DNA of 63,902 bases, the filler included, from Lama guanicoe (Eukaryota), in assembly GCA_013239625.1 (NCBI GenBank). It is 149 parts of 149 records of this genome, joined end to end, with 100 filler letters (N's around TTAATTAATTAA, not from the genome) between each part and the next. Parts side by side here need not be neighbours in the genome. Positions count along the whole stretch, not along the records: positions 24,442 to 24,770 come from PNXV01056443.1; positions 24,871 to 25,195 come from PNXV01056444.1; positions 25,296 to 25,624 come from PNXV01056445.1; positions 25,725 to 26,053 come from PNXV01056446.1; positions 26,154 to 26,482 come from PNXV01056447.1; positions 26,583 to 26,911 come from PNXV01056448.1; positions 27,012 to 27,340 come from PNXV01056449.1; positions 27,441 to 27,769 come from PNXV01056450.1; 141 more parts are not named here. One strand, written 5' to 3'. Below are positions 24,342 to 36,796 of the stretch, piece by piece. Position numbers and translations under genes: made by a program. The notes beneath the pieces were generated by a model. It saw only the letters and a program-made list of their open reading frames with translations, was not told the DNA's origin and did not search any database. The first letter of the stretch is position 1. Each line of letters starts with the position of its first letter.

Positions 24342-24870
24342 NNNNNNNNNNNNNNNNNNNNNNNNNNNNNNNNNNNNNNNNNNNNTTAATTAATTAANNN
24401 NNNNNNNNNNNNNNNNNNNNNNNNNNNNNNNNNNNNNNNNNTTCAATTTGCAGGGCAGGGCTAAGCACATTTTGGGTTCACAGCTCATTGTTTTTCTATT
24501 TGTGGAAATCCAGTCCCTTGTGTCATTTGACTTTCTTTCCTTTCTCCATTCTCCATTCTCATCCCACTCACTTTTACTGAGGTGTTTGAAATCCTTACAA
24601 TTTTCTCTTAAATATCTTTTGTAATTATACATATTTTAAGTTAGCTAAATGATGCCTTATTCTGTTTCCTACTCTCGACTCAACACTATGACTTTGAGGT
24701 CTGGATATTATTGCTGAATGTATCTGTATATTCTAGATATATTTGTGAAACATTTGTAGACTTTTTTTTTNNNNNNNNNNNNNNNNNNNNNNNNNNNNNN
24801 NNNNNNNNNNNNNNTTAATTAATTAANNNNNNNNNNNNNNNNNNNNNNNNNNNNNNNNNNNNNNNNNNNN

Positions 24871-25195
24871 AACCGGCACTGGGAATCAGACTGAGAAACC
24901 AGAGTAAGTGTTTCTCCTGTAACCTGTTCCCGTTGTGCTAGATGAACGATCGTCTCTCCGCATGCTAAATTTTCAGAGTAAATCCTGTGTGAAAGCCTTC
25001 CCTCAACTAGCTTGTTGGGAACACAAAGTTTCCCTTCAGTTGCTACCACCACTATGTACAAATATATGTGGAGGTACAAGATCCAACTCGGTTTTTCAGT
25101 GAAAACCGCAGGAACTTCAAACCGCCTTTAGGAAGCAGACTGAGAATCCAGAGTTAGAGTTTCACCTGCATCCTGTTCCCTTTGTGCTAGATGAA
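24871..25195. repeat. Satellite DNA, ~249-bp monomer (1.3 units), same family as 10715-11043
   Basis: aaccg...cagactgaga..ccagagt...cctgttccc.ttgtgctagatgaa repeats at period 249 (24871/25120 and 24941/25190). It shares ttttcagtgaaaac.gca.gaacttcaaaccg with 10715-11043. Confidence 0.88.
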
Positions 25196-26153
25196 NNNNN
25201 NNNNNNNNNNNNNNNNNNNNNNNNNNNNNNNNNNNNNNNTTAATTAATTAANNNNNNNNNNNNNNNNNNNNNNNNNNNNNNNNNNNNNNNNNNNNATTTC
25301 CACTGATATTCATGACTTTCAGATATTATTGGCATTCTGCTGATCACTTCTCCACTCATGACTCAGCGGTTGAGTAATTTCCTAAATTTGCATGTGAAGT
25401 AGTGAGAGGCTGTGTTGCAGCTAGAATCTGGCTCACGATGGTTTCCCCTTCCTCCTTGTCATTCTTTCCATTTACTCTCTGGAAATTGGGTTGTGGAGAA
25501 TATACAGTTTCCCAGTGAGGTAATACAATAAGTGTTTGTTTATACTTCTGAAGTACTTCCTGTGCCGCTTCTTCCATTCAGTCTATTTACGTAGATACGA
25601 AGTCTGAACAATTTCTTGTTTTCCNNNNNNNNNNNNNNNNNNNNNNNNNNNNNNNNNNNNNNNNNNNNTTAATTAATTAANNNNNNNNNNNNNNNNNNNN
25701 NNNNNNNNNNNNNNNNNNNNNNNNACCTGGGAGGTGCTCTAACATTGTGAAGCCACTTGTTTCCCTGTTAGGTAAGGCTTGGAAAAACAATTTATTAGAA
25801 GTGACTCCCTTTGTGTGTGCCTTTTGTCCTGAGAGGTCACTAATTAGCATAGAATTTAAAATACCCCATAATATAAGAATTTAGGTACCCCATCCTCCCA
25901 TCTACCTGTCTATTTGTTTATCATATTTATAGTTAGGTTACATTTCCTATGATGTTCACTTCTGGGCACCAAAAAAGAAAGGTTACAAAATATTTCTTAT
26001 AAAAAGGGGGGACTGGGTCTAAGGGTTAAAAACCACTACTGCTAACAATAAAANNNNNNNNNNNNNNNNNNNNNNNNNNNNNNNNNNNNNNNNNNNNTTA
26101 ATTAATTAANNNNNNNNNNNNNNNNNNNNNNNNNNNNNNNNNNNNNNNNNNNN

Positions 26154-26482
26154 GGGGGGGTGTCTCACGCGTAATCAGCGCCAAGTTTCCGCCAACGTGC
26201 ACAACTACCTATTCCGTGGAATTAAGCATTTTCTTCCTCTCCCTTCTCTTTTTTCCCTCCTCTCCTTCCCTTTATTGACCCGCGCGTCCCTGCTCCTCCC
26301 ACGGGTGCTCAGCCTGCCGCACCCCAGGACGTGGAGGCGAGCGCTCCGACCTTGGCCAGGAGTCCAAGTCTGGCGCGAGGGGCCGGGAATGAGCCCCGGG
26401 CACTCCCCGGGCGGCGGCCGGGACAGCTAGGGGGCGGCTGCGCCACAACAGCCCTTGGGAATCGAAGAGGTAGAAAGCGTCC
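26154..26482. promoter_or_regulatory. CpG island fragment
   Basis: High GC and CpG density. Confidence 0.65.
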
Positions 26483-27595
26483 NNNNNNNNNNNNNNNNNN
26501 NNNNNNNNNNNNNNNNNNNNNNNNNNTTAATTAATTAANNNNNNNNNNNNNNNNNNNNNNNNNNNNNNNNNNNNNNNNNNNNTAAAAGTTTAACTTTGTC
26601 CCCTAAATTTAAAACTGTAATTGTGGAGATCGCAGAGGCTCCTGGTAAAACTGTCAAACCGAACATTTGTATTTATTTCCTTTACCCCTACAATAAAATT
26701 TTAATGACAGTAACAGTATCAAAACTGATGTAAACCACAAAGGACAAACAAAGTGGTGGAAGAGAAAGGTCAACATGTTTCTGGAGGGTAGATCGAAGTG
26801 CATTAAATGATTCAGAAAAAAAGAGGAACCTGTAACTCAATCGCTAGAGAAAAGGACACTGAAAAGAAGAAAGCCAGTATGACCACAGAGAGCAGGAGAA
26901 AATCATGAATTNNNNNNNNNNNNNNNNNNNNNNNNNNNNNNNNNNNNNNNNNNNNTTAATTAATTAANNNNNNNNNNNNNNNNNNNNNNNNNNNNNNNNN
27001 NNNNNNNNNNNATATAATATTACTTCATGGGAAACAATTCTGAGTGTTAACAACTAGAATATAAGTATAATATGTATTTTCAGTACAAAATAAAATAGAA
27101 AAAACTAAATAGGACAGAGTGAGAATTCAAATAAATAGGTTACTTTTGACTTCAGGAATGTTTATCTTTTTGAGGGAAAAAGAAATTACATCAATTCTCC
27201 AAAATAAACTTTCTTCAAAAATGTTTTTGCTCCTCTATCTTTATTTTCTTCCCTTCACTTTGCATTACTTATTATAAAATTTATAAAACTTGTATAAGTT
27301 ATAGGTATTTAAGAAATGTTAGTGACTGTTTCAATTGCATNNNNNNNNNNNNNNNNNNNNNNNNNNNNNNNNNNNNNNNNNNNNTTAATTAATTAANNNN
27401 NNNNNNNNNNNNNNNNNNNNNNNNNNNNNNNNNNNNNNNNCGCGCACGCGTAATTAATGTTACCAGTTTTTTGTATCAAGATTTGTGATTGAGCTTTTAC
27501 ATGAAATAGTCTTGAAATTTTAGAACTGAAAATAATCTCAGCGATAGCTTCATCGCAAAGCCGTTAGTAATTGATAAATTAGCATGGTTTACAGT

Positions 27596-27718
27596 CGTCA
27601 TCAAGTTGGGTTCATCCCAGGGACACAAGAGTGCTCCAACATACGCAGATCAGTCAGTGTGATACACCCCATCAGCAGGAGAAAGGACACAAACCACATG
27701 ATCATCTCAGTAGATACA
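27596..27718 (+). mobile_element. L1 ORF2 RT fragment
   Basis: catcaagttgggttcatcccagggacacaag...caacatacgcagatcagtcagtgtgatacac...catgatcatctcagtagatacag resembles the HDQVGFIPG..NIRKSINVIH region. Confidence 0.85.
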
Positions 27719-29699
27719 GTGCTTCAGAGTTGAGTGGTGTTAAGGGTGAATACAGAGGTTGCTTTTTTTNNNNNNNNNNNNNNNNNNNNNNNNNNNNNNN
27801 NNNNNNNNNNNNNTTAATTAATTAANNNNNNNNNNNNNNNNNNNNNNNNNNNNNNNNNNNNNNNNNNNNAGTTTCTCCAAAAGGCTCTCCCAGGTCAAAT
27901 CAATGGGGAAAATACTGGGTTTCTTTACTGTGGGTCTTCTCTGAAACATTAATATTTTAATGGGCATTTTGATGTTCTGAAGGAAAAGACAGCATTTCCC
28001 AAACCTATTTGACCACGGAACACTGTCTAGGAAAATAATGCGGGGACCACATATCCCATATACTTGTGCCAGTCTGTCTACGAACTGATTTATGTAAGAT
28101 GGGGACTGGTCTACAATTTTAAATAACTCACTTGATTTACAGCTTAATACTTTGTTCCCAAATTGGTAGCCATGCAAGGTCTCTCCGTTTTCTCCATGNN
28201 NNNNNNNNNNNNNNNNNNNNNNNNNNNNNNNNNNNNNNNNNNTTAATTAATTAANNNNNNNNNNNNNNNNNNNNNNNNNNNNNNNNNNNNNNNNNNNNTT
28301 TCCATGAACAGTGTTGTAGTCTCTCCACTAGATGCAGGGTGTCTCCAATTTCATTCTTTGAAAATTGTTTGTCACCACTGACTCAGCGTCATATGGCCTG
28401 CAGTTATTTTGTGAGTATTAAATACTAGAAATAGAAGAAAACGTGCAGGTGTGCCCCAGCCCTTCCATGCCTCATTAGTTATTTGGGAAGGCAAAGCAAA
28501 GACAGATGAAAGATCAAGGGTAGGAATATATGAAGTGTCCAAATGCACTGTGTACTCAGTATATTCAGCAAAAGGTTGAAAAAGAGGAAACCAATAAAAT
28601 TATAAGTTGTTGAAGCAAAAAAAAAAAANNNNNNNNNNNNNNNNNNNNNNNNNNNNNNNNNNNNNNNNNNNNTTAATTAATTAANNNNNNNNNNNNNNNN
28701 NNNNNNNNNNNNNNNNNNNNNNNNNNNNAAAAAAAAAATCCTAATAATTAATACCAAACAATTACAGCACACATTCGGTGAGTCCAAAAGAGAATACACA
28801 CACATTAATTCATTTAATTATCATAACAAACTTATGAAGTTGGTTCTATTTATTATACTGTTCTATAGGTGAGAACATTGGGATATGGTAAGGTTAAACT
28901 GTGTATCCAAGTTATAATCAATAAGTTGAATAATGAGAGTTTTATCAAACTATCAGATCCACAGTTCAACTGACTTCTAAAACTTTGCTCTCAGAACAAC
29001 TCCCCCTCACTCCAACCCTAGGAATCTTGAGGCAAATTAAAACATGCATGTCCACACNNNNNNNNNNNNNNNNNNNNNNNNNNNNNNNNNNNNNNNNNNN
29101 NTTAATTAATTAANNNNNNNNNNNNNNNNNNNNNNNNNNNNNNNNNNNNNNNNNNNNAACCTGAATGCTTTGTAAAGAGCCACCACAACAAGGGAAGTTG
29201 TCACAGGCTAGTGTACCACAATTGGAAACTGGCCTAATGCACCAAAAAATATGAGGAATTTGTGGTCCTAAGCAGGTGACACTGGTAACATCAGCTGGAC
29301 CTATAGGCCAAAACGGTTATTGAGCCATAATTCTAAGTAGGTTTTCCCTTCAAGACATATCTCCTTCATTCATCTGACCTGACATCTAAGTTTTTTATAG
29401 TTCAAACTGAGAAGTACAGAGAGATGCTACGTGACTGGCACTGAGGGGCACTTTTTGTTATCACAGTGTTCTAAGCCCTGATGACCTNNNNNNNNNNNNN
29501 NNNNNNNNNNNNNNNNNNNNNNNNNNNNNNNTTAATTAATTAANNNNNNNNNNNNNNNNNNNNNNNNNNNNNNNNNNNNNNNNNNNNGGCTAACAGAGGG
29601 ATTCGCATCAGTCCACGCGTTTAGCCTAAAACCCCCTCCGCAGGCTTGGGCTGGGCTGCCCTGGAAGCAGACCTCGAAACAAGGCTGCTGCAACACGTG

Positions 29700-29917
29700 A
29701 CTCCAAACTGGGCCGCTTGAAACACCAGAGGCAAACTCCCCCCCAGTTCTGGAGGCCAGGAGTCGGAGATCAAGGTGCCTCCAGGCTCCGGAGAAAGTGT
29801 TCCGGGCCCCTCCCCCAGCTGCTGGTGTCGCTGGAGACCCTTGGGGTCCCTGAGCTTTAGAAACTCAACCCATCTCTGTCTCTGCCTTTAAGCGGCCCTT
29901 TTTCTGTGTCTGTTTCT
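29700..29917 (-). mobile_element. MaLR LTR (MLT1A-C-like) fragment
   Basis: cagttctggaggccaggagtcggagatcaaggtg...cccagctgctggtg...ctctgcctt. Confidence 0.7.
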
Positions 29918-32900
29918 NNNNNNNNNNNNNNNNNNNNNNNNNNNNNNNNNNNNNNNNNNNNTTAATTAATTAANNNNNNNNNNNNNNNNNNNNNNNNNNN
30001 NNNNNNNNNNNNNNNNNATTCTTAGTTGTCTAAATCTTTCCTGTACAAAGTCAGATCATCCGGCATTATAAACTTTCCCAAAGAAGTCTCTCCTGGTGTC
30101 CTCTTATAAGCTTAGCCTGGTGCACAGCTGACATTCTTAGATCTGCCTTCACCATCATCCAGGGGATTCGCTTTACCTGAGTCCTGTGTTGGAGCTCTTG
30201 TTTCCTTGAGTTCATCTCTTCTTTTTTGGTTTACTTATTTGTTTTGGTGTAGTTCATTTTCCAGTAATTTCCTGAGATAAAATTTTTTAAGATGTTGCTT
30301 ATCTGATAATTTTGTCAAAGGATCCTTAATTTCTGATGTTTTTATTTNNNNNNNNNNNNNNNNNNNNNNNNNNNNNNNNNNNNNNNNNNNNTTAATTAAT
30401 TAANNNNNNNNNNNNNNNNNNNNNNNNNNNNNNNNNNNNNNNNNNNNCCCTGTCTTTTCCTCTCCTCCACATATAGGCGATATATATCACATTTTCTGAT
30501 GACTGTATATATATATATTCTCTATACATATATTTTCTATAAACTATCTTTAAACTTAGTGTCAATGAGCATCCATATTGTTCTCTTCAATTACCATTCC
30601 TCTTTGAAGGAATCCAGGGCTCATACAGAAGGGGCTGAGTCCTTCTGTAAGGTGAGCCCAGATCAACTTGTCATACCAAGTTGTAAGGTCCCTATCAACA
30701 AATATTAACACCACGTCCAAGAACCAAAAGGACACAGGAAGCGATTTGGGAAACCTACCACTGTCCAAAGAGGGGACNNNNNNNNNNNNNNNNNNNNNNN
30801 NNNNNNNNNNNNNNNNNNNNNTTAATTAATTAANNNNNNNNNNNNNNNNNNNNNNNNNNNNNNNNNNNNNNNNNNNNCACGTGTGGGCAGAGGGGAGCTG
30901 TGGACAGGAGAAGTATGCCCGCTTCCTGGGCAGGGCAAGAGGGGAAAGTTGGAGTGGCAATCCAAGTCACCTAATGGGAAGAGGGCTGTGAGGCAGATGG
31001 AAGAGGCTTCCGTGGCTGTGAGACATTTTGTGAGGTCTTCAGGAGCGTCTCTGGGGCAGGCACTGCTTTGGCGCATTCTGAGGGAAAACCTGGGTGCTCA
31101 CACAGACCAGAATCTAAACACTCCATCTGTCAGTCACCAGCGGAGGGATGCTGGCATGCTCTCTAACCTCTCTGAACTTCTGTTTTCTCAAAACACAAAT
31201 CCCTACTNNNNNNNNNNNNNNNNNNNNNNNNNNNNNNNNNNNNNNNNNNNNTTAATTAATTAANNNNNNNNNNNNNNNNNNNNNNNNNNNNNNNNNNNNN
31301 NNNNNNNCTACTGTTTGACAAAAGCCTACAATGTCTGTCCCCTACCAACCACTCAGTCCTCCCATGCTCTTGACTCTTCCTTCAGTCGACGTGCATATTG
31401 ACCTTCTTTGTGTCCACAGAAGAGGCAGAATGGGCAGTAAGGGAAGGTGTCGCCATCCTTTCACGCCTCAGTATCCTCTTACCAGACAGTTGGTGTGTCC
31501 ATCTTACGACCTCGCACCAGCTGTTCTGTCTGCTTTGCTTGCCTGTCAACTTCTCATCATTCATTTGTCACTTTCAATATCGTCTCCTTGCTGAGGCCCT
31601 TATATCCACCTAACTGCTGTTACCTCTCCCTAGACTCNNNNNNNNNNNNNNNNNNNNNNNNNNNNNNNNNNNNNNNNNNNNTTAATTAATTAANNNNNNN
31701 NNNNNNNNNNNNNNNNNNNNNNNNNNNNNNNNNNNNNCATTTTCATTTGGAAACAGAAGAAAAGGAGGAAAGAGGATCCAGGCAACGCCTGTGCTAAGGC
31801 TCCTGAGCGGCCATTCAGCCTGTGAGTCCCAGCACAGCAGGACCATCTAACATCAGTGCCTGCAAGTAAGAGTTTGTTTTCTCCTTTTAGCATTTTTATG
31901 GTATTCTTTTTTCTACATTTATCACGTTGACTAGAATGTCTGTGAACCTTGATTAATAACAATGATGGACATGTGCCATTCCTGATTTTACTGGAACAAA
32001 TGGAGAACTACTTTATCACAGCAATGGAGACCATGCACCACGGGGTCAGACTGTTGGCTTTAATCTCNNNNNNNNNNNNNNNNNNNNNNNNNNNNNNNNN
32101 NNNNNNNNNNNTTAATTAATTAANNNNNNNNNNNNNNNNNNNNNNNNNNNNNNNNNNNNNNNNNNNNAGGCTTTCTGAGGGACTAGCCTAAGAGCAGAAG
32201 GCTTTCAACAAGCAGAAGGAGCAAGGCTGAGAATCAGTGGCAACCAGGGAGGGCACTCCAGGCAATCCAAATGTCAACAAAGGTATAGTGATAGGAAAAC
32301 ACAAGGTATGTGGAAGACAGTTAATCCTGAAGCTGCAGGAGGAAGAGAGAAAGCCTGTATAGGAAGAGGTATCTGACATCAAATTTTGAAAAACTTAGAC
32401 TGACACATGAATTTGGTTCTATTTCTGCCTTCCTTAAATTCCCAAATTTTCAGGTTTCCCATGACCCAAATTTAGCATCCTCCCCAGTCATCCATCANNN
32501 NNNNNNNNNNNNNNNNNNNNNNNNNNNNNNNNNNNNNNNNNTTAATTAATTAANNNNNNNNNNNNNNNNNNNNNNNNNNNNNNNNNNNNNNNNNNNNAGT
32601 TAAATGACTTGAAGTTGTAGTCTTCTTCATTTGATTCTTATTCTGTCCACACTTCCAGTTGAGAATATTCTATCTCTGCAGGTACTAAGGTACCTGGTCA
32701 GCTCAGGACAAGTTTTGCTAAACGAAGGGCATTTTCAAATCAGTTTCTTTCATATAAAAAACAACTATTTCAACATTCTTCAGATACTGTATTTTGCTTC
32801 CACTCAGAGTGCATTCCTTTAACACATAATTTTTACAAGATGAAATTCACCAAATAAATTCTCCACTTTTTTGAATGTTTCACCAAATTTTGATGCTATA

Positions 32901-33027
32901 AAATCACAGGCCATTTTATTCCTTTTTNNNNNNNNNNNNNNNNNNNNNNNNNNNNNNNNNNNNNNNNNNNNTTAATTAATTAANNNNNNNNNNNNNNNNN
33001 NNNNNNNNNNNNNNNNNNNNNNNNNNN

Positions 33028-33357
33028 CTGGATCATTTTATTTGTGAAGTACCAGCTCTCCTCAAGTTGGCTTGTGTGGACACCACCACCAATGAGTTGG
33101 TTCTTTTTGTTGTTAGTGTCCTGTTTCTCTTACTTCCCCCCACATTCATCCTTATCTCCTATGGCTTCATAACTCAAGCAGTGCTGAGGATCCAGTCAGT
33201 GGAGGCAAGACGCAAAGCCTTCAGCACCTGCTCCTCCCACCTTACAGTGGTGATCATTTTTTATGGCACCATAATTTACATGTACCTGCAACCAAGTAGC
33301 AGTTATGCCCAGGACCAAGGCAAGTTCATCTCCCTTTTCTACACCATGGTGACCCCC
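33028..33357 (+). CDS. OR2G3: Olfactory receptor family 2 (OR2G3-like), ECL2 to TM7 fragment, frame open
   Basis: LDHFICEVPALLKLACVDT...SYGFITQAVLRI.SVEARRKAFSTCSSHLTVVIIFYGT...DQGKFISLFYTMVTP contains the hallmark OR motifs and is closest to recalled OR2G3; 110 uninterrupted codons. Confidence 0.93.
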
Positions 33358-33929
33358 NNNNNNNNNNNNNNNNNNNNNNNNNNNNNNNNNNNNNNNNNNN
33401 NTTAATTAATTAANNNNNNNNNNNNNNNNNNNNNNNNNNNNNNNNNNNNNNNNNNNNCAGGGCAGGGCAGGGCAGCCCCCTCCACCTCCCTTCAGCCCAA
33501 GGCTAAGGGGGGAGAGCTGCACACCATTCCAATTACTTCATTAGAAACAGGTGTCACCCTCCTTAGGCACTCCCTTCCTAGCAGGTAATCAGGAAAGGTA
33601 CAAATGCCAACTAAAATGTATCTCAGTTTTGGCCATTTTGATGAGTTTCCTTCCTATTTAATTATTTTCGGGTAAATCTGGGTGCCTGCAGCAGCCAGCA
33701 AGGGTCTCAGATCTGCATAAGGCTTTTCAGAAGTGCTCTGGGTCTTTGCTAGCATCTGCAGGAAGAGTGGCCACCAGCGAAGTCTCANNNNNNNNNNNNN
33801 NNNNNNNNNNNNNNNNNNNNNNNNNNNNNNNTTAATTAATTAANNNNNNNNNNNNNNNNNNNNNNNNNNNNNNNNNNNNNNNNNNNNGAACCTCGGGATC
33901 CCGTCAGCAGATTCAGGGGAGCTGCACAG

Positions 33930-34217
33930 CACCAAACCAACGTGCGGAATCTGTGGTATTTGCATTAGTTGCATTTCCAAACAACTGAAAGAGGAAGAAA
34001 ACAGCCCCTTTATAATAGCATAAAAACAATAAACAAAGTAGGAATAAATTTAACCAAGGATGCGAAAGATGTCTCCACTGGAAGCTGTAGAACCTTAATA
34101 GAAAACTGAAGGCAGAAATAAAGGGAATCTGTGCTTGTGTCTCACACCACTCACATCAGTTCATTCAAGAGAGATTAAAGGCCTCATGTAAGACCTCAAG
34201 CAGTAAACCTCCCGGAA
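33930..34217 (+). mobile_element. L1 ORF2 fragment (degenerate)
   Basis: cagttgcatt-like stretch...ataatagcataaaa...taggaataaatttaaccaaggatgcgaaagat. Confidence 0.7.
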
Positions 34218-34747
34218 NNNNNNNNNNNNNNNNNNNNNNNNNNNNNNNNNNNNNNNNNNNNTTAATTAATTAANNNNNNNNNNNNNNNNNNNNNNNNNNN
34301 NNNNNNNNNNNNNNNNNTTGAGGTTAAAAGCCCTCCTGCTTCTCCCTGGTGGACGGGGACATTCTGCTTCAGCTCATAAGTAGATTGGGGGATCCCTCAA
34401 GGAAAAGGGAGCGATGAGAGTGACAGAGCCAGCTCTCTTTGGGCTCCCCTAGTAATGGCTGTGTTGTATTCCTACCCCAGCCTGGCCGGAGAAACCCTCG
34501 CATGATTTCTAACCCACAAGTTCAAGACTGCTGAAGCCAAACATGACCTCAGTGGTCCTTTTAGCTGCCGTATCACACCTGGGTTGGACGTGCAGGTTTG
34601 TGGGAGTTTGGGTAATGGGGGATCTGGGACGGCTGATGATAGGCACTNNNNNNNNNNNNNNNNNNNNNNNNNNNNNNNNNNNNNNNNNNNNTTAATTAAT
34701 TAANNNNNNNNNNNNNNNNNNNNNNNNNNNNNNNNNNNNNNNNNNNN

Positions 34748-35077
34748 GGTGTGCTGTCGGCAAGGAATAGACAGACTCATGTCTGGAATAAAATTGAATG
34801 CTGACATATAAACCCACACATGCGATTTCCAACAGGGGTCAGGACTATTCAATGGGGAAACAACAGCCTCTTCAACAAATGGGGTTGGGAAAGCTGGACA
34901 CCCACCTGCAAAAGAACCCAGCTGGACCTCACACACACCACGTCCAAAAATTAGCTCAAAATGGATCGGTATAAGAGCTAACATTCTCTTAGAGAAAACA
35001 TATAGTAAGTAGTCATCACTCTCAGTTTGACAGTCGTCTCCTAGATGGACACTAACAAGACAAGCAGAAAAGAAAAA
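34748..35077 (+). mobile_element. L1 ORF2 fragment
   Basis: attcaatggggaaacaacagcctcttcaacaaatggggttgggaaagctggaca...aaaaattagctcaaaatggatc (SLFNKW motif region). Confidence 0.88.
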
Positions 35078-35607
35078 NNNNNNNNNNNNNNNNNNNNNNN
35101 NNNNNNNNNNNNNNNNNNNNNTTAATTAATTAANNNNNNNNNNNNNNNNNNNNNNNNNNNNNNNNNNNNNNNNNNNNGCACATGGCTTCAAGACAATATC
35201 TACAGTGACTTAAAATTTCCCTCTTTCATTCAGAAGTTCATCTTTTTAAATTCAGGATTAAATAAATCAAGATATTGGGTTATCCAGTTGGAGTGGCACT
35301 GAAGGGAAAATAAAAAAGTTGGGAGTACTTGCAAGATACCATTTATGATAATAGGCCAGGTTATTTAAGCAAAGATCAAAAATACTGAGAAAAGAGGAAT
35401 AATAGATAGCACGAAGTTGTACTGCCACTTAACATCTTTAAGATTTTAGAAAAGTTAATGTATCTTCAATCTTTTCTCATTTATAAAATGGAGCTAACTA
35501 TGCTATTNNNNNNNNNNNNNNNNNNNNNNNNNNNNNNNNNNNNNNNNNNNNTTAATTAATTAANNNNNNNNNNNNNNNNNNNNNNNNNNNNNNNNNNNNN
35601 NNNNNNN

Positions 35608-35750
35608 GATAGAAGGTGTAAAAAGTACTTAGAGGCTGAACCTACTTCGAGAGTAAAGGTGACAAAATGTATTGATAGAATGGACGTGAGGTACAGCAGA
35701 AAGAGAAAAATCCGTGATGATTCTGAGGATTTTTGCCTCACAAGCAAGTG
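35608..35750 (-). mobile_element. L2 fragment
   Basis: gattgatagaatggacgtgagg...aaatccgtgatgattctgaggatttttgcct resembles antisense L2. Confidence 0.5.
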
Positions 35751-36259
35751 TAAGTGTTTGGGGGAAAATGCAGTGTTTAAGAAACAGAACGGACAGTAAG
35801 GCTTTGGCCTATTGTGGGAAGGAGAGAACAGAATAAAATCAGAGATCAGAGAGAGAGGCCACGGGTAGCTTCTCTGAGAAGGGGCAAGAATGCAAAAATA
35901 TCTGTGTTTTGTTCTAAGTGGAAAGGGAAGTCCCTGGNNNNNNNNNNNNNNNNNNNNNNNNNNNNNNNNNNNNNNNNNNNNTTAATTAATTAANNNNNNN
36001 NNNNNNNNNNNNNNNNNNNNNNNNNNNNNNNNNNNNNAATACTAGATGCAAGGTATACAGAGACGTCTTCAGAGTTTTGCTACAGGTGAGAGCAGAGAAG
36101 TGGGACTAAGACAGTTGAGGTGAGTGCAGGGAAGATAACTTTGTTTGCTTGCTTTTTTTTTTAAGATGAATGCTTTAAGTTGTGATCCAGGGACAGGGCA
36201 AGCATCACCAGCGGCTTTCTTTGAGTAGACAGAGGTGAGAGCTCGACAAAGTAGTGGAC

Positions 36260-36366
36260 TGCCTTTATTTATTTTCATTGAAGGATAGTCGATTTACAAT
36301 GTTGTGTTAGTTTCTGGTATACAGCACAGTTATACATTTATTTTCATATTATGTTTTCATTATAGG
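36260..36366 (-). mobile_element. Young L1 3' terminus (camelid-type)
   Basis: ttttcattgaaggatagtcgatttacaatgttgtgttagtttctggtatacagcacagt is the reverse complement of the L1 tail. Confidence 0.85.
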
Positions 36367-36466
36367 NNNNNNNNNNNNNNNNNNNNNNNNNNNNNNNNNN
36401 NNNNNNNNNNTTAATTAATTAANNNNNNNNNNNNNNNNNNNNNNNNNNNNNNNNNNNNNNNNNNNN

Positions 36467-36796
36467 AGCCACTATGGAAAACAGTATGGAGGTCCCTCAA
36501 AAAATTAAAAATGGAGCTACTAGATAATGCATCAAGTCTACTCCTGGATATCACCCCCTAAAAAACCAAAAGCACTAATTTGAAAGGATATACGTACCCC
36601 AGTGTTCATAGCAGTATTATTTACAATAGCCAACATATGGAAGAAACCTAAGTGTCCATCAACAGATGAATGGATAAAGAAGCAGTGGTATATTTGTATA
36701 TGTACACACGTGTTTATATATATGTGTGTGTGTGAATGTATATATACATACACACAATAGAATATTAGTCATTAAAGAAAGAATGAAGTTTTGCCA
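36467..36796 (+). mobile_element. L1 ORF2 C-terminal fragment with internal (TG/TA) microsatellite
   Basis: gccactatggaaaacagtatggagg...tgttcatagcag...cctaagtgtccatcaacagatgaatggataaagaag. Confidence 0.95.

Noticed and set aside
25356..25577. 73-aa ORF as a possible retrocopy or transposase remnant
   Set aside because: Flanked by stops in all frames with no recognisable homology; cannot be supported without BLASTX.
30610..30651. Possible 42-nt exon (aag|gaatcc...gtaag|gtgagc)
   Set aside because: The acceptor is a weak AAG and no peptide is recognisable.
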